The notes under the pieces were generated by a model. The model saw only the letters and a list, made by a program, of their open reading frames with translations, ran no database searches and was not told where the DNA came from. A DNA stretch of 33,836 nucleotides from Melioribacteraceae bacterium (GTDB lineage: Bacteria; Bacteroidota; Ignavibacteria; Ignavibacteriales; Melioribacteraceae). A program made the position numbers and the translations under genes. This document shows positions 15,908 to 24,054 of this stretch, one piece after another; positions within the stretch are counted from its first letter, which is position 1, and each line of letters opens with the position of its first letter. The stretch is from positions 1 through 33,836 of the forward strand of contig DAINPX010000001.1 of NCBI GenBank assembly GCA_036743235.1. Reading direction: 5' to 3'.

Positions 15908-18361
15908 TTAATAGAAAAAATTTGCAATTTTAATTATATCTGCCAAAATACCTCCGGATGTAATTTTAAAACCTGCTCCGGGTCCTTTTAATAACACGGG
16001 TGTTTCATTATAATAAACTGTAGTAAACGATATGCTATTCTCGTTATTTCTTAGCTCGTAAAATGGATGATTTTTATCAACCTGCTTTAGTCTTACACTT
16101 GCTTTATTTCCTTTATATTCGGCAATATATCGCAATACCATATTGTTACTTGCAGCTATTTTTCTCTTTTCTTCAAATAAAGAATTATATTCTTTTAAAT
16201 ACTCAAAAAACTCTTCGCCTTTATTTTCTTGTAAGTCGTCAATCAATTTTTCAATTTGTATTTCTTCAAAATTAATATTAAATCCGGCTTCTCTTATTAA
16301 GACCAGCAATTTTGTTGCAATGTCACTTCCGTCTAAATCTACCATCGGATTTTTTTCGGTATAACCCAATTCACATGCTTCTTTTACAGCATCAGAGAAA
16401 GATTTACTCTCATTTATTGAGTTAAATACATAACTTAAAGTACCGCTTAGTACTGCCTCAATTTCAATTATCTTATCTCCGCTTAAAATTAAATCTTGTA
16501 AAGTATTTACAAACGGTAAGCCGGCTCCTACATTAGTTTCAAAAACTAACTTTGCGTTATATTTTTTTGCAGCATTTTTAAGTTCATTATATATTTTATT
16601 TTTAACTGTACAGGCTTTTTTATTTTGGGTAATTATTGAAACGGATTTTTTTAACAGACCTAAATAATAATTTACTACTAACTCACAACCGGTACAATCA
16701 ACAAAAACCGAATTGGGCAAATTTCCCTTAATAATTGTTTGTATAAATTCATCGGTATTGCTTAACTTCCCTTCATATAATAATTCTTCTTCCCATGCTT
16801 TAACATTAATTCCGCTTTCTTTTATTAGCATTTTTCTTGTATTGGCAACCCCCACAACTCTAATTTCCAAATTCAAATTATTAAATAAATAATTTAACTG
16901 ATTATTTAATTGGGCAAAAAGAGTTTTACCCAACTCTCCAGTTCCTAATACAAACACATTTATTACTTTTAGATGTGATAAAAAAAACGAATCGTGAATT
17001 GCATTTAATGCTTTTCCTATATCACTTTTTGAAATTACCAAAGAGATATTAAGACGGGAAGACCCTTGAGCCGCAGCTTCTATTTTAATTCCGTTTCTTC
17101 CCAAAGCCTGATATATTTTTTCCGGTACACCCGGTAAATTTCTTATATTCTCGCCAACAACCGCAATTACTGCAACATCTTTATCTGTTACAATTCCGTT
17201 TATTAATCCGTCATTTATTTCATGTTTTAGTTCTTCTGTTATTAATTTTTCTGCTCTTTGTGCATTTTCTTCATAAATGCTAAAACAAATTGAATGACCG
17301 GATGAAGCTTGAGATATTAATATAATACTAATGTTATTGTAGGCAAGCAAATTAAATATTCTACCGGCTAATGTGGCAACATCTATTAAGCCTGTTCCTT
17401 TTACATTAATAAGGGCTACATTTTCAATTGTTGAAATACCGGTAACGGCATAGTCGTTTGTTATTGTTTCATTTGTAATTACTGTACCTTTAAATACCGG
17501 ATTGAATGTATTTTTAATAATTATGGGTATCCCCTTTATTAAAGCCGGACGTATTGTTGGTGGGTAAATTACCTTTGCTCCAAAATGGCTCATTTCCAAT
17601 GCTTCTTCATAAGACATTTTTTCAATAGGCAAAGCTCTTTTTACTTTTCGGGGGTCTGCGGTTAATACTCCGTCAACATCAGTCCATATTTGAATCTCTT
17701 TAACATCTAATGCAGCTCCTAAAATGGATGCGGTATAATCGCTACCGCCTCGCCCCAATGTTGTGGTTTCACCTTCTATAGTACTACCTATAAACCCCGT
17801 TACTACTTTTATTATTTGCTTACTTTTCAAGTAATCATTTATTATTTTATCCGTCTTACTAAATAATACCCTTGCATTCCCAAAATTATTGTCTGTTTTT
17901 ATCAGTTTCCTGCTATCAACATATTCGGCTTTAAGTCCGGCACTATTTAAAGCTGCTGTTATTATTGTGCACGATAGTCTTTCTCCAAAACTCATAATAT
18001 GGTCTTTGCTGCGTGGGGATAGTTCCTTAATTAACCAAATGCCGTATAAAAGTTTTTCTAATTCATCTAATAGTAAGTTTACTTTTCTTCTAACCAAGTA
18101 CAAACTTTCGCCGGTAGTTAATTTTTCTATTACGGTTAGATGAATGTTTTTTATATACGAAAATCCGTTTTTATATTCATTCTTTCCTAAAGCCGCGTTT
18201 TCACCCGTGCTTATTAGTATATTGGTAATTGTTTGAAATGCGGAAAATACTAAAATTAAACTTCTGTTTTCATTATCTTCTTTAATTATATCAATTACTT
18301 TTTTAATGGTCTCGGGACTGCCAACCGATGAACCGCCAAATTTATATACAACAGTTTCCAC
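15908..18361 (-). CDS. Bifunctional aspartokinase / homoserine dehydrogenase (paralogue I, met-linked, metL-like)
   Basis: 817 aa, with the same domain order as thrA (YKFGGSSV, TTTLGRGGSDYTA, WTDVDGVLTADPR, ACT region, HSDH LSGTLSYVF). The start is GTG at 18361, preceded by AAGGGA. It begins 13 nt after the stop of the PLP enzyme gene. Confidence 0.9.
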   Translation of the reverse strand: METVVYKFGGSSVGSPETIKKVIDIIKEDNENRSLILVFSAFQTITNILISTGENAALGKNEYKNGFSYIKNIHLTVIEKLTTGESLYLVRRKVNLLLDELEKLLYGIWLIKELSPRSKDHIMSFGERLSCTIITAALNSAGLKAEYVDSRKLIKTDNNFGNARVLFSKTDKIINDYLKSKQIIKVVTGFIGSTIEGETTTLGRGGSDYTASILGAALDVKEIQIWTDVDGVLTADPRKVKRALPIEKMSYEEALEMSHFGAKVIYPPTIRPALIKGIPIIIKNTFNPVFKGTVITNETITNDYAVTGISTIENVALINVKGTGLIDVATLAGRIFNLLAYNNISIILISQASSGHSICFSIYEENAQRAEKLITEELKHEINDGLINGIVTDKDVAVIAVVGENIRNLPGVPEKIYQALGRNGIKIEAAAQGSSRLNISLVISKSDIGKALNAIHDSFFLSHLKVINVFVLGTGELGKTLFAQLNNQLNYLFNNLNLEIRVVGVANTRKMLIKESGINVKAWEEELLYEGKLSNTDEFIQTIIKGNLPNSVFVDCTGCELVVNYYLGLLKKSVSIITQNKKACTVKNKIYNELKNAAKKYNAKLVFETNVGAGLPFVNTLQDLILSGDKIIEIEAVLSGTLSYVFNSINESKSFSDAVKEACELGYTEKNPMVDLDGSDIATKLLVLIREAGFNINFEEIQIEKLIDDLQENKGEEFFEYLKEYNSLFEEKRKIAASNNMVLRYIAEYKGNKASVRLKQVDKNHPFYELRNNENSISFTTVYYNETPVLLKGPGAGFKITSGGILADIIKIANFFY

Positions 18362-18374
18362 TTAATATTCCCTT

Positions 18375-19529
18375 TTATTTTAAACTTATACTTTTTTCTA
18401 TAGCTTGTTTTATATCATTAATTAAGTCTTCGGCATCTTCAAGCCCTACAGAAAGTCTTACCAAACTATCCGTAATTCCCCCTGCCAATCTTTTTTCTCG
18501 GGGTATGGATTTATGGGTCATGCTTGCGGGATGACTTACCAAACTTTTTGCTCCTCCCAAACTTTCTGCAAGTTTAAATAATTTTGTAGAAGTTACAAAT
18601 TTAGTTGCTACTTCTTCTGTATCTTCTTCAAAAGAAATTGAAATCATACTACCCGGTTGTTTTTGTTGTTTTTTTACAATCTCATAATTTTTATGTGCCG
18701 GTAATCCCGGATAGTAAACATTTTTAATACCGGGTTGTTTACTCAAAAATTCGGCTATCTTTTTAGCATTTTCCACATGCTTTTCGACTCTTATTTTTAA
18801 GGTTTCCAAACTTCTTATTAATAACCAACTATCAAATGGTGATAGAACGGCACCGGTAGCATTTTGAACGTATTTTAATTTCTCACCAATTTCGATATCT
18901 TTTGCAACAACCAACCCTGATAAAACATCGGTATGTCCGCCAATATATTTAGTTGCACTATGAATAACTATATCAGCCCCAAGTTTTAACGGATTTTGAA
19001 AAATCGGAGATGCGAAAGTATTATCTACACATAACAATAAATTGTGTTCTTTTGCTATTTTGGCAATTTCTTCAATATCCGATATTTTTAACAATGGATT
19101 AGTCGGGCTTTCTAACCAAATTAATTTTGTTTTTTCGTTTATCGCTTTTTTAACATTATTAACATCGGTTGTATCAACAAAATTTATAGTAATTCCGAAA
19201 TTATTATATATTGTAGTAAACAATCTAAACGCCCCGCCGTAAATATCGTCAACTGCTAAAACTTCATCACCTGTTTTTAATAACTTTACTACCGAATCAA
19301 TTGCAGAAAGCCCGCTTGCAAAAGCTAATCCAACTGTTCCTCCTTCTAATTGTGCAATAATGGTTTCCAATATTTTTCTTGTAGGGTTATTTGTTCTTGT
19401 ATAATCAAACCCTTTATTTACTCCGGGTGATTCTTGTACATATGTAGAAGTTTGATAAATTGGTACTGCTAACGAACCGGTTAAAGGATCTACAGGTATT
19501 GCTTCCAATATTTGTGTTAATTCGTTCAT
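18375..19529 (-). CDS. Cys/Met-metabolism PLP-dependent enzyme (cystathionine gamma-synthase / beta-lyase family)
   Basis: 384 aa. It has the family hallmark ...HSATKYIGGHTD with the PLP lysine, plus YTRTNNPT and SLGGAKSL. AGGAGA Shine-Dalgarno sequence. The exact reaction (MetB, MetC or MetZ) cannot be decided from sequence alone. Confidence 0.85.
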   Translation of the reverse strand: MNELTQILEAIPVDPLTGSLAVPIYQTSTYVQESPGVNKGFDYTRTNNPTRKILETIIAQLEGGTVGLAFASGLSAIDSVVKLLKTGDEVLAVDDIYGGAFRLFTTIYNNFGITINFVDTTDVNNVKKAINEKTKLIWLESPTNPLLKISDIEEIAKIAKEHNLLLCVDNTFASPIFQNPLKLGADIVIHSATKYIGGHTDVLSGLVVAKDIEIGEKLKYVQNATGAVLSPFDSWLLIRSLETLKIRVEKHVENAKKIAEFLSKQPGIKNVYYPGLPAHKNYEIVKKQQKQPGSMISISFEEDTEEVATKFVTSTKLFKLAESLGGAKSLVSHPASMTHKSIPREKRLAGGITDSLVRLSVGLEDAEDLINDIKQAIEKSISLK

Positions 19530-19567
19530 TTTTTTCTCCTATCGTTTATATTATTTTGTTATTTTTT

Positions 19568-19665
19568 AAAACAAAAAACCCCGCTAAAAAGCGGGGTTAT
19601 AAACTTTCACCTTATACTTTTTAGCACTGTTTTAAGTCGTTGCAATATGTAATAAATCTCGACTG
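19568..19665 (-). promoter_or_regulatory. Riboswitch unit 2 (aptamer plus intrinsic terminator), candidate SAM-II-like
   Basis: Minus strand reads AGTCG-AGATTTATTACATATTGCAA-CGACT, then TAAAACAGTGCTAAAAAGTATAAGG..., then the terminator CCCCGC-TTTTTA-GCGGGG followed by TTTTTTGTTTT. The tail GCTAAAAAG is perfectly complementary to CTTTTTAGC in the terminator. Confidence 0.65.
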
Positions 19666-19673
19666 TGGTATTT

Positions 19674-19770
19674 AAAACAAAAAACCCGCCAAATAGCGGG
19701 AAATATTAAAAACCTTTTGCTATTTAGCTATTTGTTTAATGTCGTTGCAATTTGCTTTAAATCCCGACAA
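19674..19770 (-). promoter_or_regulatory. Riboswitch unit 1 (aptamer plus intrinsic terminator), candidate SAM-II-like
   Basis: Minus strand reads TGTCG-GGATTTAAAGCAAATTGCAA-CGACA, then TTAAACAAATAGCTAAATAGCAAAAGG..., then the terminator CCCGC-TATTTG-GCGGG followed by TTTTTTGTTTT. The tail AAATAGC is complementary to GCTATTT in the terminator. Confidence 0.65.
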
Positions 19771-19790
19771 ATTTTTAAAGAACTATCGCA

Positions 19791-19818
19791 AATATAATAT
19801 ATTTTTTTGACATTGCAA
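19791..19818 (-). promoter_or_regulatory. Promoter candidate for the riboswitch-controlled operon
   Basis: Minus strand reads TTGCAA (19818..19813), a 16-nt spacer, then TATATT (19796..19791). The overlapping TATATTTG also fits the Bacteroidetes-type TAnnTTTG -7 motif. Confidence 0.35.
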
Positions 19819-19922
19819 CAGTTCGGTCAAAAATATTATGTTTTTTTTCTTCTTCCTAATTTTATATATTTAAACTTGTTTACAAATAAAAATCTATTAA
19901 ATAATAAAATATTTCAGGTAAA

Positions 19923-21404
19923 ATGAAACCTAATATAAACTTATACGAAATTAACACACGCGTATGGATAAAGAACTTTTATCCCGATAGTTCGACACCT
20001 ATTACAATTGACCAAGTGCCTGACAGTTATTGGGATAATTTAGCGGACTTGGGGATAGATTTTGTTTGGCTTATGGGTGTTTGGAAAACTTGCACTTCTA
20101 CAATAGATAAATATTGCTTTGAAGAAGGATTGGTTAAAGAATATTCCAATGCTTTAAAAGATTGGACACATGACGATGTTATTGGTTCTCCTTATTCTAT
20201 TGATAAATATGTTATTAATCCTATATTGGGCGGTAACGAAAGTATTATTAAATTAAAAGACAAATTGAATAAACGCGGTATTAGATTAATGCTGGATTTT
20301 GTTTCTAACCATTATAGTGCCGATACCTCGTTATTAAATTCTAACCCGGAATTGTTCCTACCTGCAGATAGTGAGATTTATGCACGAGATCCTTACACAT
20401 ATTTCAAACCATTTAAAATGGATGACGTAATTTATGCTCATGGTCGAGATCCTTTCTTTCCTGCATGGAAAGATACCATTCAAGTAAATTATTTTTGTAA
20501 AGAAGCACGTTCATTTCAAATTAATTTATTAAAAGAAATTTCAAATCTTTGCGATGGATTACGTTGCGATATGGCAATGTTAACACTTAATAATGTATTT
20601 AATAACACTTGGGGCGGTGCTTTAAATAAAATGGGCTACTCTATGCCCGAAACTCAATTTTGGCAAGAAGCTATTGCCAACGTTAAAATTAACAAACCCG
20701 ATTTTATTTTTCTTGCCGAAGCTTATTGGGATTTGGAATGGGAACTGCAACAACTCGGTTTTGATTATACTTATGATAAAAAACTGATTGACAGAATTTC
20801 ATGCGGTATGCCTAAAGATATATTAGGTCATCTTTATGCCGATCCCGACTATCAAGAGCGTTCTTGTCGCTTTATAGAAAACCACGATGAAAAGCGAGCT
20901 ATTGCTTTATTGGGCAAAGAAAAATCGATGGCTGCTGCTACTCTTATAAGCACTTTAACCGGAATGAGAATGTTTTATGATGGACAGTTTGAAGGAGAAA
21001 AAATTAAATTACCCGTACAATTGGGGCGTAAACCAAAAGAACCCGTAATTAAATGTTTGCAAGAATATTATTATAAATTATTAAAAATTACCAAAAATGA
21101 TATATTTAAATACGGTGATTGGCATTTGCTGAGTTTATTGCCGCTTATTGATAATAATTTTACATATAGAAACTTAATTGCTTATGAATGGCGTTATAAA
21201 TACGAACGTATTTTGGTTGTTGTCAATTTATCTAACGTTACCTCGTTTGCTAAAATTAAACTAGATGTGGTCGGATACCCTGATAATTTTGAACTTAGAG
21301 ATATTTTAAATAATATTAATTACACTCGCAGCAGTTTAGAGTGTTATCACCAAGGACTTTATGTTGAGCTAAAACCTTATCGCTCTCATATTTTTAATTA
21401 TTAA
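19923..21404 (+). CDS. Alpha-amylase family (GH13-like) glycoside hydrolase, apparently cytoplasmic
   Basis: 493 aa. It has GIDFVWLMGVW, MLDFVSNH, GLRCDMAM, FLAEAYWDLEW and FIENHDE, which correspond to GH13 conserved regions I-IV. No signal peptide is present. Confidence 0.7.
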   Translation: MKPNINLYEINTRVWIKNFYPDSSTPITIDQVPDSYWDNLADLGIDFVWLMGVWKTCTSTIDKYCFEEGLVKEYSNALKDWTHDDVIGSPYSIDKYVINPILGGNESIIKLKDKLNKRGIRLMLDFVSNHYSADTSLLNSNPELFLPADSEIYARDPYTYFKPFKMDDVIYAHGRDPFFPAWKDTIQVNYFCKEARSFQINLLKEISNLCDGLRCDMAMLTLNNVFNNTWGGALNKMGYSMPETQFWQEAIANVKINKPDFIFLAEAYWDLEWELQQLGFDYTYDKKLIDRISCGMPKDILGHLYADPDYQERSCRFIENHDEKRAIALLGKEKSMAAATLISTLTGMRMFYDGQFEGEKIKLPVQLGRKPKEPVIKCLQEYYYKLLKITKNDIFKYGDWHLLSLLPLIDNNFTYRNLIAYEWRYKYERILVVVNLSNVTSFAKIKLDVVGYPDNFELRDILNNINYTRSSLECYHQGLYVELKPYRSHIFNY

Positions 21405-21410
21405 TAAAAA

Positions 21411-21442
21411 GGAAGAGTTTAATTTAACTATTAAACTCTTCC
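21411..21442. terminator. Bidirectional hairpin terminator between convergent genes
   Basis: GGAAGAGTTTAAT-TTAACT-ATTAAACTCTTCC forms a perfect 13-bp stem. It is flanked by an A-run upstream, with no T/A-run downstream. Confidence 0.7.
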
Positions 21443-21451
21443 GGCAAATAA

Positions 21452-21964
21452 CTATTCCCCACTTATCGGAATTAATACCATCGTTTCCAATTCACTCTTT
21501 TTAACTTTTTGTGGGTCATTTAAATAATACTCAATGGATTCGGGTTTTGGTTTTAAATTATTTTCTTTCATAAATTTTAACATTTTTTCGTAAGTTTTAC
21601 CTACTTTCATGTACGAACCTAAATGCATTCCCATAATAAACTTACCACCTTCAATTTTTCCGCATTTAATATTGCCTTCATTAACAACTTCTCGATCAAC
21701 AGGAAACCCGATAACAACATCCCATTTTTGGGTGAACATTTTTAAAAAAGCTATAACCTTATTTTGGGTGTTTAATTCTTCCCAGTTTAGTTTTTCATAT
21801 TTTACAAAAGGGGCTTTGGTTACAGGTATATTTTTCTTTTTCATAACCTCTAATATAGCTTCATACGAATTTTTTATTAGTTTTGGCATTTTTGGCATTG
21901 TAACTTGTGTTCTAATTTCTAATGTTAATTCCGTTTCTCTTGTAATTACTTCGATATTGCTCAT
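21452..21964 (-). CDS. GyrI-like small-molecule-binding domain protein
   Basis: About 170 aa with a duplicated beta-alpha-beta-beta pattern (effector-binding domain family) and a C-terminal EYYLNDP...ETMVLIPI. The start is moved to ATG 21964, which has a GGAGAA Shine-Dalgarno sequence 6 nt upstream. The ORF-track start at 21976 is TTG. Confidence 0.6.
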   Translation of the reverse strand: MSNIEVITRETELTLEIRTQVTMPKMPKLIKNSYEAILEVMKKKNIPVTKAPFVKYEKLNWEELNTQNKVIAFLKMFTQKWDVVIGFPVDREVVNEGNIKCGKIEGGKFIMGMHLGSYMKVGKTYEKMLKFMKENNLKPKPESIEYYLNDPQKVKKSELETMVLIPISGE

Positions 21965-22136
21965 TAGTTTCTCCAATATTTATAAAATACTTTAGACGAA
22001 ATTAACAAAAATTTGTTTATAAATTTTCGCTTTTTTGGTTTTCTTTAAAAAATATTAAAAAATACTTGAATACTAATTATTTGTTCGTTAATTTATTTAA
22101 CATAATATAATAATTTATTTTCTATACGAGTTGATT

Positions 22137-24011
22137 ATGGACGCAAATGTTGTTAAAGAATTTTTAAAGAAAATTGTTCTATTTAAAGACTTAAGTGATA
22201 TTGAACTTGAGCTTATTACTAATTTAATTGAAATTAAAACCTTTGAAAAGGATGCGTTTTTATTTTACGAAAACAATCCTCGCAAAAATTTGTTTGTTAT
22301 TTACGAAGGTGAAGTTGAGTTATTTAAACGTACCCCTTTTGGTGAAGAAAAACGCTTGGCATTTTTTAGCCGATACGATTTTATTGGTGAAGGAGCATTA
22401 TTAGATGACTCGCCACATAGCACTAATGCACGTGCTTTATTAGAATCTACTATTTTTGTTTTAACTCGCGAAAAATTCCAAAGTTTAATTGATGATTACG
22501 GTTCTATTGCTGTTAAAATTTATAATCATGTTGCACGTGTAATTTCGCGTAGAATGAGACAAACCAATGCACGTGTTATAAATATTGCAGCCCAATACGA
22601 AAGCGGACGAACAAGAATTGAACATGACTTATTAGGCGATAGAGAAGTGCCTTACGAATATTATTACGGTGTTCAAACTTTGCGTGCTTTAGAAAATTTT
22701 AGCATTAGCAGTGTTGCCCTTTCTGCTTATCCTACTTTAATTGAAGGTCTTGCTATTGTTAAAATGGCTGCAGCAAAAGCCAATTTCGATTTGGGATTAC
22801 TTTCTAAACCGGTTGCGGACGCCATTGTGCAAGCATGTAATGAGATTTTAAACGGTAAACTTCATCCACATTTTGTTGTAGATATGATTCAAGGCGGTGC
22901 AGGTACTTCTACAAACATGAATGCAAACGAAGTGATTGCAAACCGTGCATTAGAAATTTTAGGCTACGAGAAAGGCGAATACAAATATTGCCATCCTAAT
23001 AATCACGTTAATTTATCTCAGTCAACTAACGATGCTTACCCTACAGCCGTTAAAATTGCATTAATTAAATCTAACAAAACTTTGGTTGCCGTACTTAAGT
23101 TATTGGTAGATTCTTTTAGAAAAAAAGGGAAAGAGTTTGCACATATTTTAAAAATGGGAAGAACCCAATTGCAAGATGCTGTTCCAATGACTTTAGGTCA
23201 GGAATTTGAAGCCTATGCATCAACCTTAAGCGAGGAAATTAGCAGACTTGAAGATAACGTTAAACTTTTCTTGGAAGTAAATATGGGTGCAACTGCTATT
23301 GGCACAGGCATTAACAGCGACCCCGGTTATAGTGCTAAAGTTGTTAAACACTTACAAGAAATTACGGGCTTTAATATTGTGTTGGCTCCTAATTTAGTTG
23401 AAGCCACACAAGATACCGGTGCTTTTATTATGTATTCATCAGCCGTAAAAAGATTAGCTGTTAAATTAAGTAAAATATCTAACGATTTAAGATTGCTTTC
23501 AAGTGGTCCCCGTGCCGGTTTGGGTGAAATCAATCTACCTAAGATGCAACCCGGTTCTTCAATTATGCCGGGCAAGGTAAATCCTGTAATACCCGAAGTT
23601 GTAAATCAAATTGCTTTTAAGGTTATTGGCAACGATCTTACGGTTACACTGGCTGCAGAAGCCGGTCAATTGGAACTTAACGTAATGGAGCCGGTAATTG
23701 TTCAAAGTCTATTTGAATCTATCGAAATGTTAAAAAACGGGATGACTACTTTAATGTATCGTTGTATAGACGGAATTACTGCAAACGAACAAAAATGTAG
23801 GGATTATATATTAAACAGTATCGGTATTGTAACTGCTTTAAATCCAGTTTTGGGTTACGAAACATGTTCTGCATTAGCCAAAGAATCTTTAGAAACTAAC
23901 CGTGGTGTATATGAATTAGTATTGGAACAAAAACTTTTATCAAAAGAAGTTTTGGACGAGTTACTTGCTCCCGAAAACATGATTGCACCGCAAAAGATGA
24001 CCAAAGAATAA
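22137..24011 (+). CDS. aspA: Aspartate ammonia-lyase with an N-terminal cyclic-nucleotide-binding-like (CAP_ED) domain
   Basis: The C-terminal ~465 aa begin RIEHDLLGDREVPYEYYYGVQTLRALENF and carry the signature GSSIMPGKVNPVIPE. The N-terminal ~155 aa (LFKDLSD...FYENNP...FVIYEGEVELF...FIGEGALLDDSPHSTNARA) form a cNMP-binding beta-roll fold. The start is ATG 22137; the track's TTG start is at 22131. Confidence 0.88.
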   Translation: MDANVVKEFLKKIVLFKDLSDIELELITNLIEIKTFEKDAFLFYENNPRKNLFVIYEGEVELFKRTPFGEEKRLAFFSRYDFIGEGALLDDSPHSTNARALLESTIFVLTREKFQSLIDDYGSIAVKIYNHVARVISRRMRQTNARVINIAAQYESGRTRIEHDLLGDREVPYEYYYGVQTLRALENFSISSVALSAYPTLIEGLAIVKMAAAKANFDLGLLSKPVADAIVQACNEILNGKLHPHFVVDMIQGGAGTSTNMNANEVIANRALEILGYEKGEYKYCHPNNHVNLSQSTNDAYPTAVKIALIKSNKTLVAVLKLLVDSFRKKGKEFAHILKMGRTQLQDAVPMTLGQEFEAYASTLSEEISRLEDNVKLFLEVNMGATAIGTGINSDPGYSAKVVKHLQEITGFNIVLAPNLVEATQDTGAFIMYSSAVKRLAVKLSKISNDLRLLSSGPRAGLGEINLPKMQPGSSIMPGKVNPVIPEVVNQIAFKVIGNDLTVTLAAEAGQLELNVMEPVIVQSLFESIEMLKNGMTTLMYRCIDGITANEQKCRDYILNSIGIVTALNPVLGYETCSALAKESLETNRGVYELVLEQKLLSKEVLDELLAPENMIAPQKMTKE

Positions 24012-24022
24012 AAATTAATTGT

Positions 24023-24054
24023 ATCGAGATGGGTTTTTACTCATCTCGATTTAT
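24023..24054 (+). terminator. Intrinsic terminator after aspA
   Basis: ATCGAGATG-GGTTTTTACT-CATCTCGAT forms a 9-bp stem and is followed by TTTAT. Confidence 0.7.

Noticed and set aside
13201-18361. Possibility that the two AK-HSDH genes are a recent tandem duplication or an assembly repeat.
   Set aside because: The two genes differ extensively at the protein level and have no long identical nucleotide stretches. They have different starts (GTG versus ATG) and different flanking regulatory RNAs. They are old paralogues, not a repeat.
19568-19770. Reading the duplicated GTCG...CGAC / GC-hairpin units as REP-like intergenic repeats or as two plain terminators of the plus-strand neighbour.
   Set aside because: The T-tracts follow the hairpins only on the minus strand. 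The downstream plus-strand gene starts at 19923 and points away. The unit-specific compensatory pairing between each tail and its own terminator argues for a functional expression platform rather than a selfish repeat.
22131-22136. TTG-initiated N-terminal extensions reported by the ORF track, here and at 21965..21976, 31709..31756 and 32498..32530.
   Set aside because: At 22131 an in-frame ATG follows almost immediately. At 21965..21976 the in-frame ATG has a better-placed Shine-Dalgarno sequence. At 31709..31756 the in-frame ATG gives an N-terminus typical of the family. At 32498..32530 the shorter start is chosen only because an in-frame ATG is available. The extensions are most likely artefacts of taking the longest ORF.
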